Shown here piece by piece: positions 36,501-49,600 of a stretch of DNA of 64,000 bases. The notes under the pieces were generated by a model that was not told the DNA's origin, did no database searches, and saw only the letters and a list, made by a program, of their open reading frames with translations. Origin of the DNA: Balanoglossus misakiensis (lineage: Eukaryota > Animalia > Hemichordata). How positions within the stretch are numbered: position 1 is the first letter of the stretch; each line of letters starts with the position of its first letter. The position numbers and the translations under genes were made by a program. The stretch lies in assembly GCA_040954595.2 (NCBI GenBank), contig CM082591.2, positions 1,105,882-1,169,881 of the forward strand, read 5' to 3'.

Positions 36501-39500
36501 GCGAATGTTCTGTGTCGGCAATTGGGTGAGTGTAGTTTCCGTTCTCCAATCACAAAAGAACCAAAATATGACAATCATGTCCATCAACTTCAAAAAGCAG
36601 CTTGTATTCGCATTACATGTACATGTTTGTGTTCCTTTGCATAAACTCAATTGCCTGCATTTCTATAACAAAATATCCATATAAAAACAAAAATGTTGAC
36701 CCTGTCAGTAGAAACCCATGCATGGTTTAGCATCTGAAAATCATGTTCTTGATGATCTTCTGGTAGATAATCAGATTTAGATTTTTGCTACCTAGGCTCT
36801 CTTTTACCAAATACATCTGACCCTCATTCTTGTTTGAGCATTTTCCATTGGAAGTGCATTACCCCCCAAGCATATTAATAGCAGACAACAGACCCTTATT
36901 TCAATGTAAATCCTTGTTCACAGGGTGTTCCCTTGGTTGTGAAATTCAAGATGCCAGCGCTTTCCGTGAGGCACCTACCAATGCAAGAATATGGCTGACG
37001 AATATTGACTGTAGCGGCACAGAAGGCAATGTAGCCTCTTGCCCACACAGCATTAGTGTTGGGAACTGTGACCATAGTATGGATGTGGGGCTGACATGTC
37101 AACGTAAGTTAAAGGAATACAACCACTTCTAATTGACATTATATATGATTGAAACAGGTTCTTTAATTGCCATGTGATGGTGCAGACAAATGAAAATTGC
37201 CTGTAATCTGGATCCACTTTCTGTGGTTTAACTGTGGCTTCAATTGCATGGATGACTGTTAACGTTTTAAACATTAAAATGATGTTCTTTCTATGGATTT
37301 ACATTGTCTGCAATCTCTCTAAACTATTCAGCTCCAGTCAGGCTGGTTAATGGTGCAACAGAAGGAACTGGACGAGTTGAAATCAACTCCGAAGGTGTTT
37401 GGAAGAGTATTGCCAGCCCGATGTGGGATGAGTTCGACGCTGATGTTGTTTGCAGAGAGTTGGGTAAGGAACTTTGGTTACAATCAGAATTTCTACATGC
37501 TGGTGTTAATCGAACTATCCTTGCACCGTCACATTCAAGACATTTCATGCTCACATCTGATGAATCTTGCAGGACATGACGTCTGATAACCTCTGCTATT
37601 AGTTGAATGCTTTTGCAGTCAACACAAATGTTTCTTTCTAAACTTTGTTATGTAGGCTTTACTCTTGGAGTTGAGGAATCTGACTGCTGTCCACTCTATG
37701 CTGGGAATCTTGCTGCCTCTCTATGGGGAAGTGACACCCAGTGCACTGGTATTGAAAGAAGTATAACACAGTGTAAACATACACTGTTGACTGGCTCCAC
37801 TCCCCATTTGGCAGGAGTAAAATGCAAAGGTGAATAACAGGTCAAATTGTGTCAACAGCACCACAAAAACCTAACATCTGCGTACACATTTATGAGACAA
37901 GTAGCTATTATATATATCATCATGATCACAATAGTACTTGCCGAACATCGACTTTGCAAAAACCACCCAGTATTATGCAATTCATAACATACATATGCGA
38001 TTTGTATGTTATTAGAATTTGACCGTACCCTGCTTAAATACGACGAGCATCTCGCCATGCATGCATTCCTTTTTGAATGACAAATTTCTAAATTGCGTAT
38101 ACTTTTGTAAGTGTCATCACTTAGAGACACAATTTAATGAATATATACCATTATCGATTTTGATGGAACTATTCACATGCTCTTTAACAGCAATTGACTT
38201 TCTTTCTTAAAATTCAAAAGTAAATGTAAGCTTTTACAAGAAGCTATTATGATTGCCATGTTCTTCTATGTATCTTTTCCAGTGCCTGAGATACGTTTGA
38301 CTGGACACACTCCATATGAAGGCAGAGTGGAAATACACATCAATGACGAATGGGGGACAATTTGTGATACATACTGGGACATCAATGATGCCAATGTTGT
38401 TTGCCATCAATTAGGTGAGAGAAAGTGGGATAAGAAATTAACTTTTAAGTCAAATATAGCTTGGACACTGTAAAATATATGGACACTACAAGATCCAAAA
38501 TGTACACATAGTGTATTGGGTTTTGTACCATCTATATCACAATTGGAATATTTTTTGCATTTCCTATAGCTTGTATTTCACTGTTACATTTTGACAGGAT
38601 TCTCACTTGGAGCTGTTGCAGCAACAACTTCAGCTTTCTATGGACCAGGTGCAGGAAAGATATGGTTAGACAGAGTTAATTGCTTTGGCAAGGAACACAG
38701 CATCGCTTTCTGTCCGTCAATTAGACCCAGTGCATTGAGCAGTTGCACACATCAACATGACGCAGGTGTAGTATGTAGAGGTAAGGATGGTGATTGTGAA
38801 GTTGATGGTATATTATTTTACACCATGCATTTTCCTTATGAAAGCTTTCAAAGTGCATGATCTTAATTTCACACATCACACTATCTATCCTTTTTGTCCT
38901 CAGTGCCATTTCGTCTGGTTGATGGACGTTTCCCGTACACCGGCAGGGCTGAGGTTTATAAGGATGGAATATGGCAACGCGTATGCAACTCAAATTGGGA
39001 CATTAATGATGCCACTGTACTTTGTAGAGAACTTGGTAAATAGATAATTTCTAAATGATACAATTAATGAGACCTTGGTACCAGAATATGACACTTTCTG
39101 ACCAATGAGCATGAAAGCTTATTCATAGAGAGACCATAAAAGATTCCCATCTGAAGCATTATGTGCTGGACCACCAAGTTGATTAACTGAATGTCATTGT
39201 GACTTTCCAGGTTTTCCTCCTGGTGCAAAGATACTGGCCGACGAAGACTTTACCCATGGAACTGGCCAGGCATATATGGACACAGTGCAGTGCTCTGGAA
39301 GTGAAGGGAGTCTGTTTGACTGTCCATTCAGCACAAGTCCAAGCATATCATGCCAGGATGCTGCAGTCGAATGTTCACGTAAGATATTTTGTGACGTTAT
39401 TTCCAGTTGCCCAACTTGGTATCTGTTTCCAGTTAGGCTGAAAACAGGTTCATTTAACAATATTTATTAATCAAAGGCCAATATCTCCTGATTGCCTATA

Positions 39501-42500
39501 GTCAGGTCAACTAGCTGTCCTTTTCTGTCCCTCAGCTCGATTTGTACTGAGTTTGTTTTTCTTTACAAGCGAGAAAGTTAATGATGAGATATGTTTTATT
39601 TTCTTCCTCAGCACGAGTTGTACTGAGCGATGGCTTCTCATACTTTGAGGGACGAGTGGAAGTTTATCACAATGGACAGTGGGGTCTGGTTTGTAACCAG
39701 AGGTTTGGTGAATGGGACGCCGATGTCGTATGCAAAGAAAATGGCAAGTTTTTGTTATTCACTTGACAGTATCATTTTAACAGCATGTATAAGAGAGTAT
39801 TTAATACATTAAAATGTCTTTTCTTTTGCTGCAGGGTTTCCTAATGGTGTAGACTATATCGCAGCGTCTGGTGTTTATGGACATAGTGACAACGCACCAA
39901 TATGGCTGACTCGTGTCGGTTGTGACGGCAAGGAATCAAGCATATGGGAATGTCCTGCAGTATATGGAAATGACAAATGCACTACAGAGGATGACACACA
40001 CCTACGTTGTAAACGTCAGTAATAACATTTTTTTTTGAAAATTCAAGAACATTTTAGCAACCAAGCAAGTTTAAATACTACACATTCTCATTTGTGGCAA
40101 ACCTGATTAAGGGACTGAGTGACTGACTTTAGATTTCAACCTTTGCATATATTCTTACAATTGTCCTACTTTTGCAGCACCAATACAACTATCTGGTAGT
40201 GGTGTGCCCTACAAGGGACGTGTTGATATTTTCTTTGATGGTCAGTGGGGCACAGTGTGTGACACAGGTTGGGATGACATTGATTCAACAGTCTTGTGCA
40301 GAGAACTAGGTAAGTGAAATAAATCAATTTTTCACTGCTCTAAGTTTCCTCTGCAACATCTGCTATAATGACCAGACATCGACTGGCAGAATGGCATGAT
40401 AAATGCTGAAACAACCCAAACCAGCCAAACTACCTGTAAACGACCATAGACTGGCTGAAACGCTAGGTATTGATAAAACAAAATCCAAAATTCTAGATAA
40501 TAAAATTCTAAGCATATATGACAGTTCAAACCATCCGTTGTTTCATCTTAACTCTTCAGGGTTTCCACGCGGTGGTCTTGCACAGAAATTCGGAGAAGGT
40601 GACGGCCCAATATGGTTTACAAATGTTCAGTGTGGAGGAGATGAGACCACTGTTCTAGACTGCGTTGACATGGAAGACAGAGAACAGACAGGATGTGACC
40701 ATTCTATGGATGCAGGTGCCAAGTGTAACAGTAAGTTAGAGATGTCAGCATTGTTCCTTATTAGTTTTTCCCTGTGCCATCTGCATTGGCACTTACAAAT
40801 GTTGAAACACAACCTACAGTCAAACCTGTCTACAGTGGCCAGTCAAGGGGCTTTCCCAAACTGGCCTTAATAGACAGGTGCCTTTTATGGACAGGTCAAT
40901 TAATGTACATGTTAAATGTACAAGGACTGTAACAAAGTGCACTACAAGAGGTTGGACTGTAGTATGAACACAAACCCTCACAACATGTTGATCTCATTTA
41001 TAGTACTAAGAATTGAATACACATTGCCATGGCCAAATTAAGTTATTCTATTCCCTATCACATGAGCATGAAGCGATATTGTGAACACACATAAATCATT
41101 GACTTCCAAATAAAATACCAACTGTTTCACCCACTTAGGTCCTGTTCGGTTGACCAATAAACCAATTGGGAGTATGAGTGAAGGCCGAGTGGAGTTCTAT
41201 CAGAATGGTACATGGAGACCAATATGTGATGACTATTTTGACATTAATGATGGCCATGTCTTTTGTACAGAGTTTGGTAAGTATACTCAATTGCTAGAGT
41301 GGATGTCCACTAACGTCAACCTTTGACCATTGCAGGCAGTAGGAGCTGTGTTGTTATGGCAATATAGGTCCTGCATACATTGCAGTGAGGTGGAACAGGG
41401 AATCATTTGACGTTCAAAGTTGATGCCAGCAAATGGTTCCTTCCAAATGAAATAGTCCGATATTAACATTGGGTACATAATCCTTAAATTTGAACTTGCA
41501 CGTTAGCAAAGTCAGATGTTTAGACAACCCCATTAAAGAATTATCCTGCAGGGAAATTTGCAAACATGGTTTCAATGGGTGACGTCGACCTCTTTTCCTG
41601 ATATTTGATTTTTTACGCATTTTCTTTAGGATTTCCTCTTGGCGCTCTTGCAGTTCCACACAAATCGTTCTATGGTTCTTCGACACACGCCATAGGTCTG
41701 GATGACATGGGCTGCTCTGGGACAGAAAAAACTGTCCTGGATTGCCAATTTGATTACTTATCAGACTGCGATTCGGGGGAAAGTGCGTCCGTCATTTGCA
41801 TAGGTAAGCTGGCGAATGTTTTATGTCATGAAACATTAAGACTTATGGCATAGTTTATTTCACCAATTCTGTATCAATGCACTGTTACTGTTCTAACAAT
41901 AGTATTGTAACACAAACAATCAGAGTTAAAGGTAATAGCACATCTCAAAAACCAAAGTCACTTTTCTCATATTTTGCTTGAGTCAACTTTTAATTACATG
42001 TATTCTGTCAGTAGGTATGACAGGATATGTAATTGTTGCGAATCATATACTGAAAAGTAATTTTATAGGCAGTATTGTCTGTAACTATATGTGCTTGAAT
42101 TTGTTGAGTGGGTTGTTTGATCTTCCAACAGATGTGCCAACAGAGAGTTTTTACTGGTCTATGGATGACGTTAGAGCTGATGGAATTCCTGGATATTCAA
42201 TGATGCCTGCTGAAACCCATGGGAATGTGTCTGTATCTGACGATGGTGTGTTTGGTGGCGCTCTAGTCCTAAACGGAGAAGGGCAGTGGCTCGATCTGGG
42301 CAACTTTCCAGAAAGCTGTTTGGAAAACCTTGACAGTTGTACTGAAGGCCTCACCATTAGTCTCTGGTTGAGATTTGAAATTTCTGATGACAAGCAAGTA
42401 ATACTCCAATCAGGCAGTCAACATTCGCATGGAGTGTCATTTCTGTTTCTTATTGACAGATTTGAGGTCAGTGTACGAACTAAAACCAAGCTATGGTTTG

Positions 42501-43512
42501 TTAGATTTGCTGGAAACACTGATGACTGGACACATGTGGTGATTACATGGAAGGCCAGTGAGGGTCTTCATGTGTATGTTGATGGATATGTGGTCGCAGA
42601 AGACATTGAAGGTGTAGAGAAAGATGATGGAGACTTCGATGGATTAACTGGAAATCTCCATATTGGGAAAAATAAAGCTCCTGATGGAATCCTGTCCAAA
42701 CTCTATGTTGATGAACTAGAAATAATTGAAGAATACACCGACAGTTTTGGTGAATATACTATTTTTTTATATTTTATTTATATGTATTAAACATCTGCAT
42801 TGACATTTCGTTGACAGGTTTTTCGCGAGTAGAATGAAATCCCTCCAAACAAAACCAAAACCAAACCAAACCCTACTAATGTAACATGTTCTTGCTGTCT
42901 AGAACCAATCAACCTTGCATTGAACAAACCAAGTTATCTGAGCACATTGCACAGAAGAAATCACCGAATGAGTGCAGGTATGGCAGTGGATGGCATCTTA
43001 GACACACACTGTGAAACAGCAGAAGGTGACTTCAAGCCATACTTACAGATAGACCTTGGAAGGAAATATGGCGTGACTCATGCAGTAATTAGATCTAGCA
43101 GTAAGTGCACATTTTGACGTGTTGTAGTCTTGATGTTCAATTGTTGCCAGGTTCGATGATTGAGGTTGCAGCACTAAAGATGCCAGGTATCGATCTAATT
43201 CTCATAGAATGGAAACATGTGTCTCATAACTTTAACACCAAATCGCGATTACATTTTTTCCCTCAGATGCGACACATAATTCACTTCAGCTCCAGGTGGG
43301 CGTGACAAGAAGTATAGGAGATGCCCAGGTCTGTGGTCCACTATTTGACTTGGATCCTTATGAGATCCTGAACGTGGTATGCTCAAGTGGTGTTAAATAT
43401 GGACAGTTTGTCTTCGTGACCATTCCAGATTCTGACGCCACTGGTGAAACTGTGCTGCAATTGAGTGAAGTTCAGGTGTTCAGTGGTATGTATACAATGC
43501 AATTGCTCTGGT

Positions 43513-43602
<90 letters not shown>

Positions 43603-46600
43603 ATTTGCAATGAAACTGTTAGTGTCTGTTGTCTTTCTTGTGCATCTTCTATACAGATCCATCATACGTTGGTTGTGTTGACAACTCTGATCACTTTTCA
43701 AAGATTGTTTCACTGAATGCTGGCGTGAGTATTGGTCAGTGTCGTAAAAGGTGTATCCAGGATGGTTATGCCTACAGTGCTTTGGATGACTTGCAAGAAT
43801 GTTACTGCAGCCACACCCTCAATAGTGGAGACAGTGGTGGACATCTCTCGGGAAACTGTCAACTTTACTTCAGCTACAGCAGCAATGACTTCACTGTGCA
43901 ACCCAAGACACCTGACCAAGAACCCGTATCACCACCAACCCACGACAAGTTGAGCGTTCACAGAGCAAAGAGTATTTTCCAGGAACTCGTGGAAGTCCAG
44001 ACTGGTGCCACCATAGACGTTAACTGTAGCTCCCATGCAGCAAATAACTTCTCCGTCAAACACCAAGATGATCTGTATCTACCAGATGAACTCATTGAAT
44101 GTTCGCTCTGGATCACTTTGTCTGACTATGATCTCCTTGTTCCACTGAATGTGGATTTTGGTGAAGACGTGGACATGCTTGTTGACCATGCGTGGACCAA
44201 GAAGTTTTATAACTTCATTGTCACATACAGAGAACCAGGAACCTATACGTTCAGCGCAAATGTCGATCATTTCCTTGGTACTGGCTTTGTGGTGATGCAC
44301 ATTGAAGTCACAGACTTGACCTCTCCACTTTTAGGAAGAACATTGGAGAAAAGTCACCACCTTGCAACTGGACTGAACACTACAAATATCAGTATAACTG
44401 AAGATCAACTGGGCATTGTTGGAACAGAGATATTTTTCAGCCTGTTCGTCACAGATGGGGACTACACAACTTGTAACTGGAATTTTGGTGATGGAAATAC
44501 TGCTACTGAATACCAAGAAGAACCAGGAATTGTGACTGTTGGCCATACATACACAGACCAATCGCGTGGACATCTCATCGTTTCAGTTGAATGCTGCAAT
44601 ACTGTAGACTGCGCACCCTTTTCATTCACTCGTTACTTGAAAGCATCCATAGCAGCGTTTGATCCCACTCCACCATTTACCATTGAGGAAGGCGACCAGG
44701 CTATTGTCCAGTGGCAGGTACAAGGCGATGCAGAGGTGAACCTTGCAATTCAGTTGGACAAACATGAAAGCCAATCACACAACTACCATCAAGGATTATT
44801 CTCTGTGGGTCTAGAGAAGTACAACTGTCCTGGCAAGCATACTTTATTCATGACTGTATCAAATCCACCTGAAGCAGACATTTTGCGATCCACATTCTTC
44901 ATTTCTCAGCAAAGTATATCAGACATCAAACTAGACTTCAAAGTTGACTATGACGTGACGGAGTTTAAAAGTCTTGTTGGGGAAACAGATGAAATGTTGG
45001 AAGAAATCGAAGTATTTAAAAATCTCACGGCCATCACATCAACTTATGGTGGCAGTAGTGTTTTTCGCATTCTTACATTTGGTGATGAAGATCGTGATAC
45101 AAATCCAGGAATGATCACTTTTTTCAGTCGGGGCAAGGAAGATGAACACCACGTTCATTCATATCTCCGGAAAGGTAACCTGGAAGTGAAGCTGATATCT
45201 GTTAACGATCATACATTCTTCAACCAGAGTCACTCACTGAATGTCTATACATTATGTGATAAACCACAAGTCTGGATCAACGGGCATGGTAAATCACGGC
45301 TGTCTCCAAGAATCCATTACAGGTCCGAACCGCTGATAGTCACCAGCTTAGTCACATACAATTGTCGAGAAAACAGCACTGAATCAAAGTTCGAGTGGTT
45401 TGTCTCCACTTCTAAAAACACAACCACAGTAGCCGTTGAAGAAGCTGAAAGATTCAGTATTCGATTCCCTGAAGCTTTTTTTGATTATGATATGATTTCC
45501 GTGTCTTTGGTAGTGACACTGATTGACTTTGAAAATGTTGGTCCGGGCTCTGATAAGGTCTATATTAACATCACAAGGGCACCTCCTGCAGCTGAAATAT
45601 ATGGTGGAGCTGAACGTACACATTCTATACATCTCGACTTGATCCTTGATGCCTCTAAATCACACGATCCAGAAACAGAAAACGACGATTTCAACCTCTA
45701 TTGGTCTTGTAATCTACCGAATACAAAAGCACCAACCTCATCCACTAATATTTTGAGCCAAGGCTTTGAAGAATGTAGCATACCTGTCTCTGCGATTCAC
45801 AGTAGCCCTGGTAAACGTATTGTAACCATCAAGAAGGCATCATTACTGCGTGGGGAATATGTTTTTACTGTGGCTCTATGGACCAACAATGATGTTGAAG
45901 TAACATATCAACAGAAAGTGACAGTCGTTCAGGACTTCCCACCAGATATCCAAATCAGGTACATTAATATTCGTCTAACATTTAATCATTTTAATACATT
46001 TCTAGTAGCACAAATTTCAAAATTATTATACCTTACATGGCCTTTTAAACGTTGACAATTAACGAAGCCCTGTCAATCATTTAATCACAATATGTATAGC
46101 CCTGCATTGATTGGGTTGAAAATCAATTTGATCAAGTATGTATTTAATCGCAATTGACGTCAATATAATTTTTATTTTGTGTGCATATCATTGCATTTGC
46201 CTGAAGGCTGATGAGTACTGGTGCATTTTGCCTTGCTTAATCATTTTATCCATTGTTTCTGGTCTGGCAGATGTGTTTTGAACTGCGGGTCTGTGATAAG
46301 TGCAGCCTACACAACATCATTTGAATTAGAATGTTCAAGCTGTACTTTATCAGATGTACCAACATATTCATGGCAACTTCTTGAATGTGATCGCGAAACA
46401 AGTGTCTGTGCAGATGTTCAAGACTTCCCATCGTACACCATAACAGGTAATTGGTAAACTTCAATGTCTATTGCACATTCAGGAATTTGTGATGTATTGT
46501 TTGTTGTTTGGATTACTGAAAGTTTGGCTTCCGTAAAATGGGCGACGAAAGTACTGTGAATGGTATTTTGTGCCTAAATGCATGTAGAACTGTAAATGGA

Positions 46601-49600
46601 ATTGTGTTCAAATTAAGAACATAATTGTCAATGCAAAGTCAGCTTATGCAAAATAATCTCAAAAGACATTTTGTTTTGTTTGTTTTCAGGAGTCGACGGC
46701 TTTTCTCTTGTAATCCGTGACAATTCGTTAAAGAAGAAAACCAACTACAAACTAAAGGGATTTGTGTCTTTGTCGGATCAGGGTCAGGCGTTCTCGGTCT
46801 ACTCGTTCAGAACAGCATCACCTCCCTATGGTGGACACTGTCAGTTTGTTCCTAATTCAGGTAAATTTAGAATATTATAAGCACTTTTATCATATTATAT
46901 TGTTGTGTACCAACTTGATTTTGGTACTCTGATTGATACATTTCCCTCATCACACAGGTTATTCACTTGTGACTATATTTCTTGGTGTTTGTCTGGGATG
47001 GAAAACTCATGAATCACCAGGAAACACTTCAACAACTGAAGCCAACAGTCCTGGTTTGTATTACCGTTTCCATCTGACCGCTGATGGAACTGAGTATGCT
47101 CGCGACTTCTATTATGCAATGGACTCTTTGACTCCAAATCTGACTATGCCAGAAGGACCTAAGGAAACCAATCACATATGGGACGTAGTCGTATCGATTG
47201 AAGATGAGTATGGTGAGGTGAATGAGACAACAGTTGTTCAAGTAAAGGTATGCTAGTCTGAGAAAATGTTTTTGTTAATATTAAACCTTCCTGGGTCTAA
47301 CACTGAGAATAAACAATTGATCTTCTGCTCATTGCAATTAGATCTCATGAGACTTGGTTAACTTGAAGTTTGGAAAATGTTCTATTCCAACCTGATTAAT
47401 TGTAGTCGTTTAATTTATTTTGATGATTATCGCTTTGTGTCCAACATTTAGGTGTTACCACTTGAATACAGCAGAGAGAAAGTGAAGGAAATTTTCCAAA
47501 AGGCTGATGTTTTCAGGCGGCTAGACAATCCAATACAAGCTACACAGATGATATTGACAATAACAACAGTGTTAAATAGGGTATGTTTCACATAGTTTAA
47601 CCCTTTCACCCCTAGTTCCCTTTTAGAGGTCCAACCTTTACCATAGAAAACAATGGGTTTGGACTGAACCATGGTGGTGAAAGGGTTAGATGGTACATAT
47701 ATGATTTTATGGATAGATGACTGTGACTGTTTAAAAGGCTAGTTCTTAAAAGTTATATAGATAGGTAAATAATTTAAATGATGAAAATTGAATTATAAAT
47801 AAATTATAAAAGTGTGACTGAGTTAAAGTTTGTTTTCTTGTTTCAGTGGAGCAACGTATCAGAAGATGAATCATGGAATGCAAACCTCATAAAGGTATTA
47901 ATTTTAAATGCTCAGTATGGCCTTCCTGTTCACACATTTGACAATGTTGGCGTGTGTGTGCTTGTCTGTAAAAAAAACACATTTGTCTCAAAGGTGAATT
48001 TTTGTTGGCTTTCAGTAGAAGCATAATTTCACAGAATTGATAAGTTTATATATAATAAAGATTTTTCCATCTTTTTCTTTTGTAGTTGAGAAGTGACATA
48101 TCTGATTTGTGGACATTTTCCACCAAGCTGCTTTTGAGTTCTGAATCAGTTTCACAAACAGCCTCATCTTTAGTACACTCTACAAGTATACCAACACAAG
48201 TGGACAAAAAGTCACAGGTAGGAAATGCAGCTCAATAGAACAATAATCATTGAACTCCTGAAACAGACTTGTCCGGCTAAAACATCACTGAAACACATTC
48301 TCGATAACCCGTCCGTGACAGCATGAGGGATCAGTTGAACAAATCAATCATAATGTCATGATATTTTCCCTTATAGGAATCAACAGCCACTGCCCTCAGC
48401 AGATCATCCAAGGAAATGTTTTCAATGACAGAAAGGAAGAAGTTCCCACAAACCAAAATCCTGACAACAGCAAATGGTAATCTTTGGATATTTATAGACA
48501 AGAAAATAACTTAACTCTCTGTGCAAATATGGTCTTTATAGCCCTGGTTATGTTCTATTCTCCTAAATTATGGCAAGGTTTAAAATATTTGCTGTCCGTC
48601 ACAGATTAAAACAGTACATTTTCCAGACTAGCCATATTTGCGAATGTGACAGTGACACAAAACAATCCAAGCAGAGCAATGTTCCCATATATGTTGTCTT
48701 TTCGTTTAACTTTATGTCTCATTTGATTTTGAAGATCTCGTGACGTCAGTGGCTTCATTGCTGATAGCAGTCAATCCACCTCCCGTTGAAGAACCGATGG
48801 ACAAGACCGACAAGCAAACTGCCCTTACACCACCCAAGGAGAAAAGTTTCAAACAGGTTGATGACCCACGACATGTAAGAAAGATACTACATATGTTGTT
48901 TCGTCGTCAGTTCCAAAGAAATCCCACTTGTGTGAGAAATATGATCGCAGGTTCTTGGGAGAGTGAGATTCTATTATTCTTTTGCAAAGAATCAATAATA
49001 TACAGATGAATCTATTCTTCTAGGTTCGGAACACAACCAATACCATTGTTGATTCTGTGAGCAGTTTATCAGATGGTGTCCTTTATCACATGGTCCCTGG
49101 CGAACCAACTGTCAACTTCTCGTCGAATGGTGTTCATGTACAGCTGGAGAAAACAACATCCGGGGCTTTGTCCAATAAAACACTGAAGTTTTCAACAGGC
49201 ACATTTGAATTTTCATCACCACAATCAATGTTTGGCGACAAGAATTACTCCTCTGTGGCTGTCAAGGTTTGTTACATGTTTTAAATCTCGTACATGTTTC
49301 ATACATTCTTTGCAAATACTGAGTACAGAACATTAGATTAACCCTTTCACCACCATGGTTCAGTCCAAACCTGTTGTTTTCTATGTCAAGGGTGGACCTC
49401 TTAAGAGGGAACTGGGGTGAAAGGGTTAACTCTATCCAATAGGTAATGAAACTAACTAACGTTAAATATCTGTCTACCCCTTTCAGGCAGTAGAATATGA
49501 AAGAAACCCATTTGTGTGGCATGAGACAGCTGCGCTTGTACGAACACCGATCATATCAGTTGAAATAATAGATGATAATTCAACTGTGATTGAACAAAGA

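Noticed and set aside
43296-43713. ORFs with poly-Met, poly-His and poly-Ser tracts
   Set aside because: They are translations of an intronic (GAT)n microsatellite; the real exon ends at about 43486.
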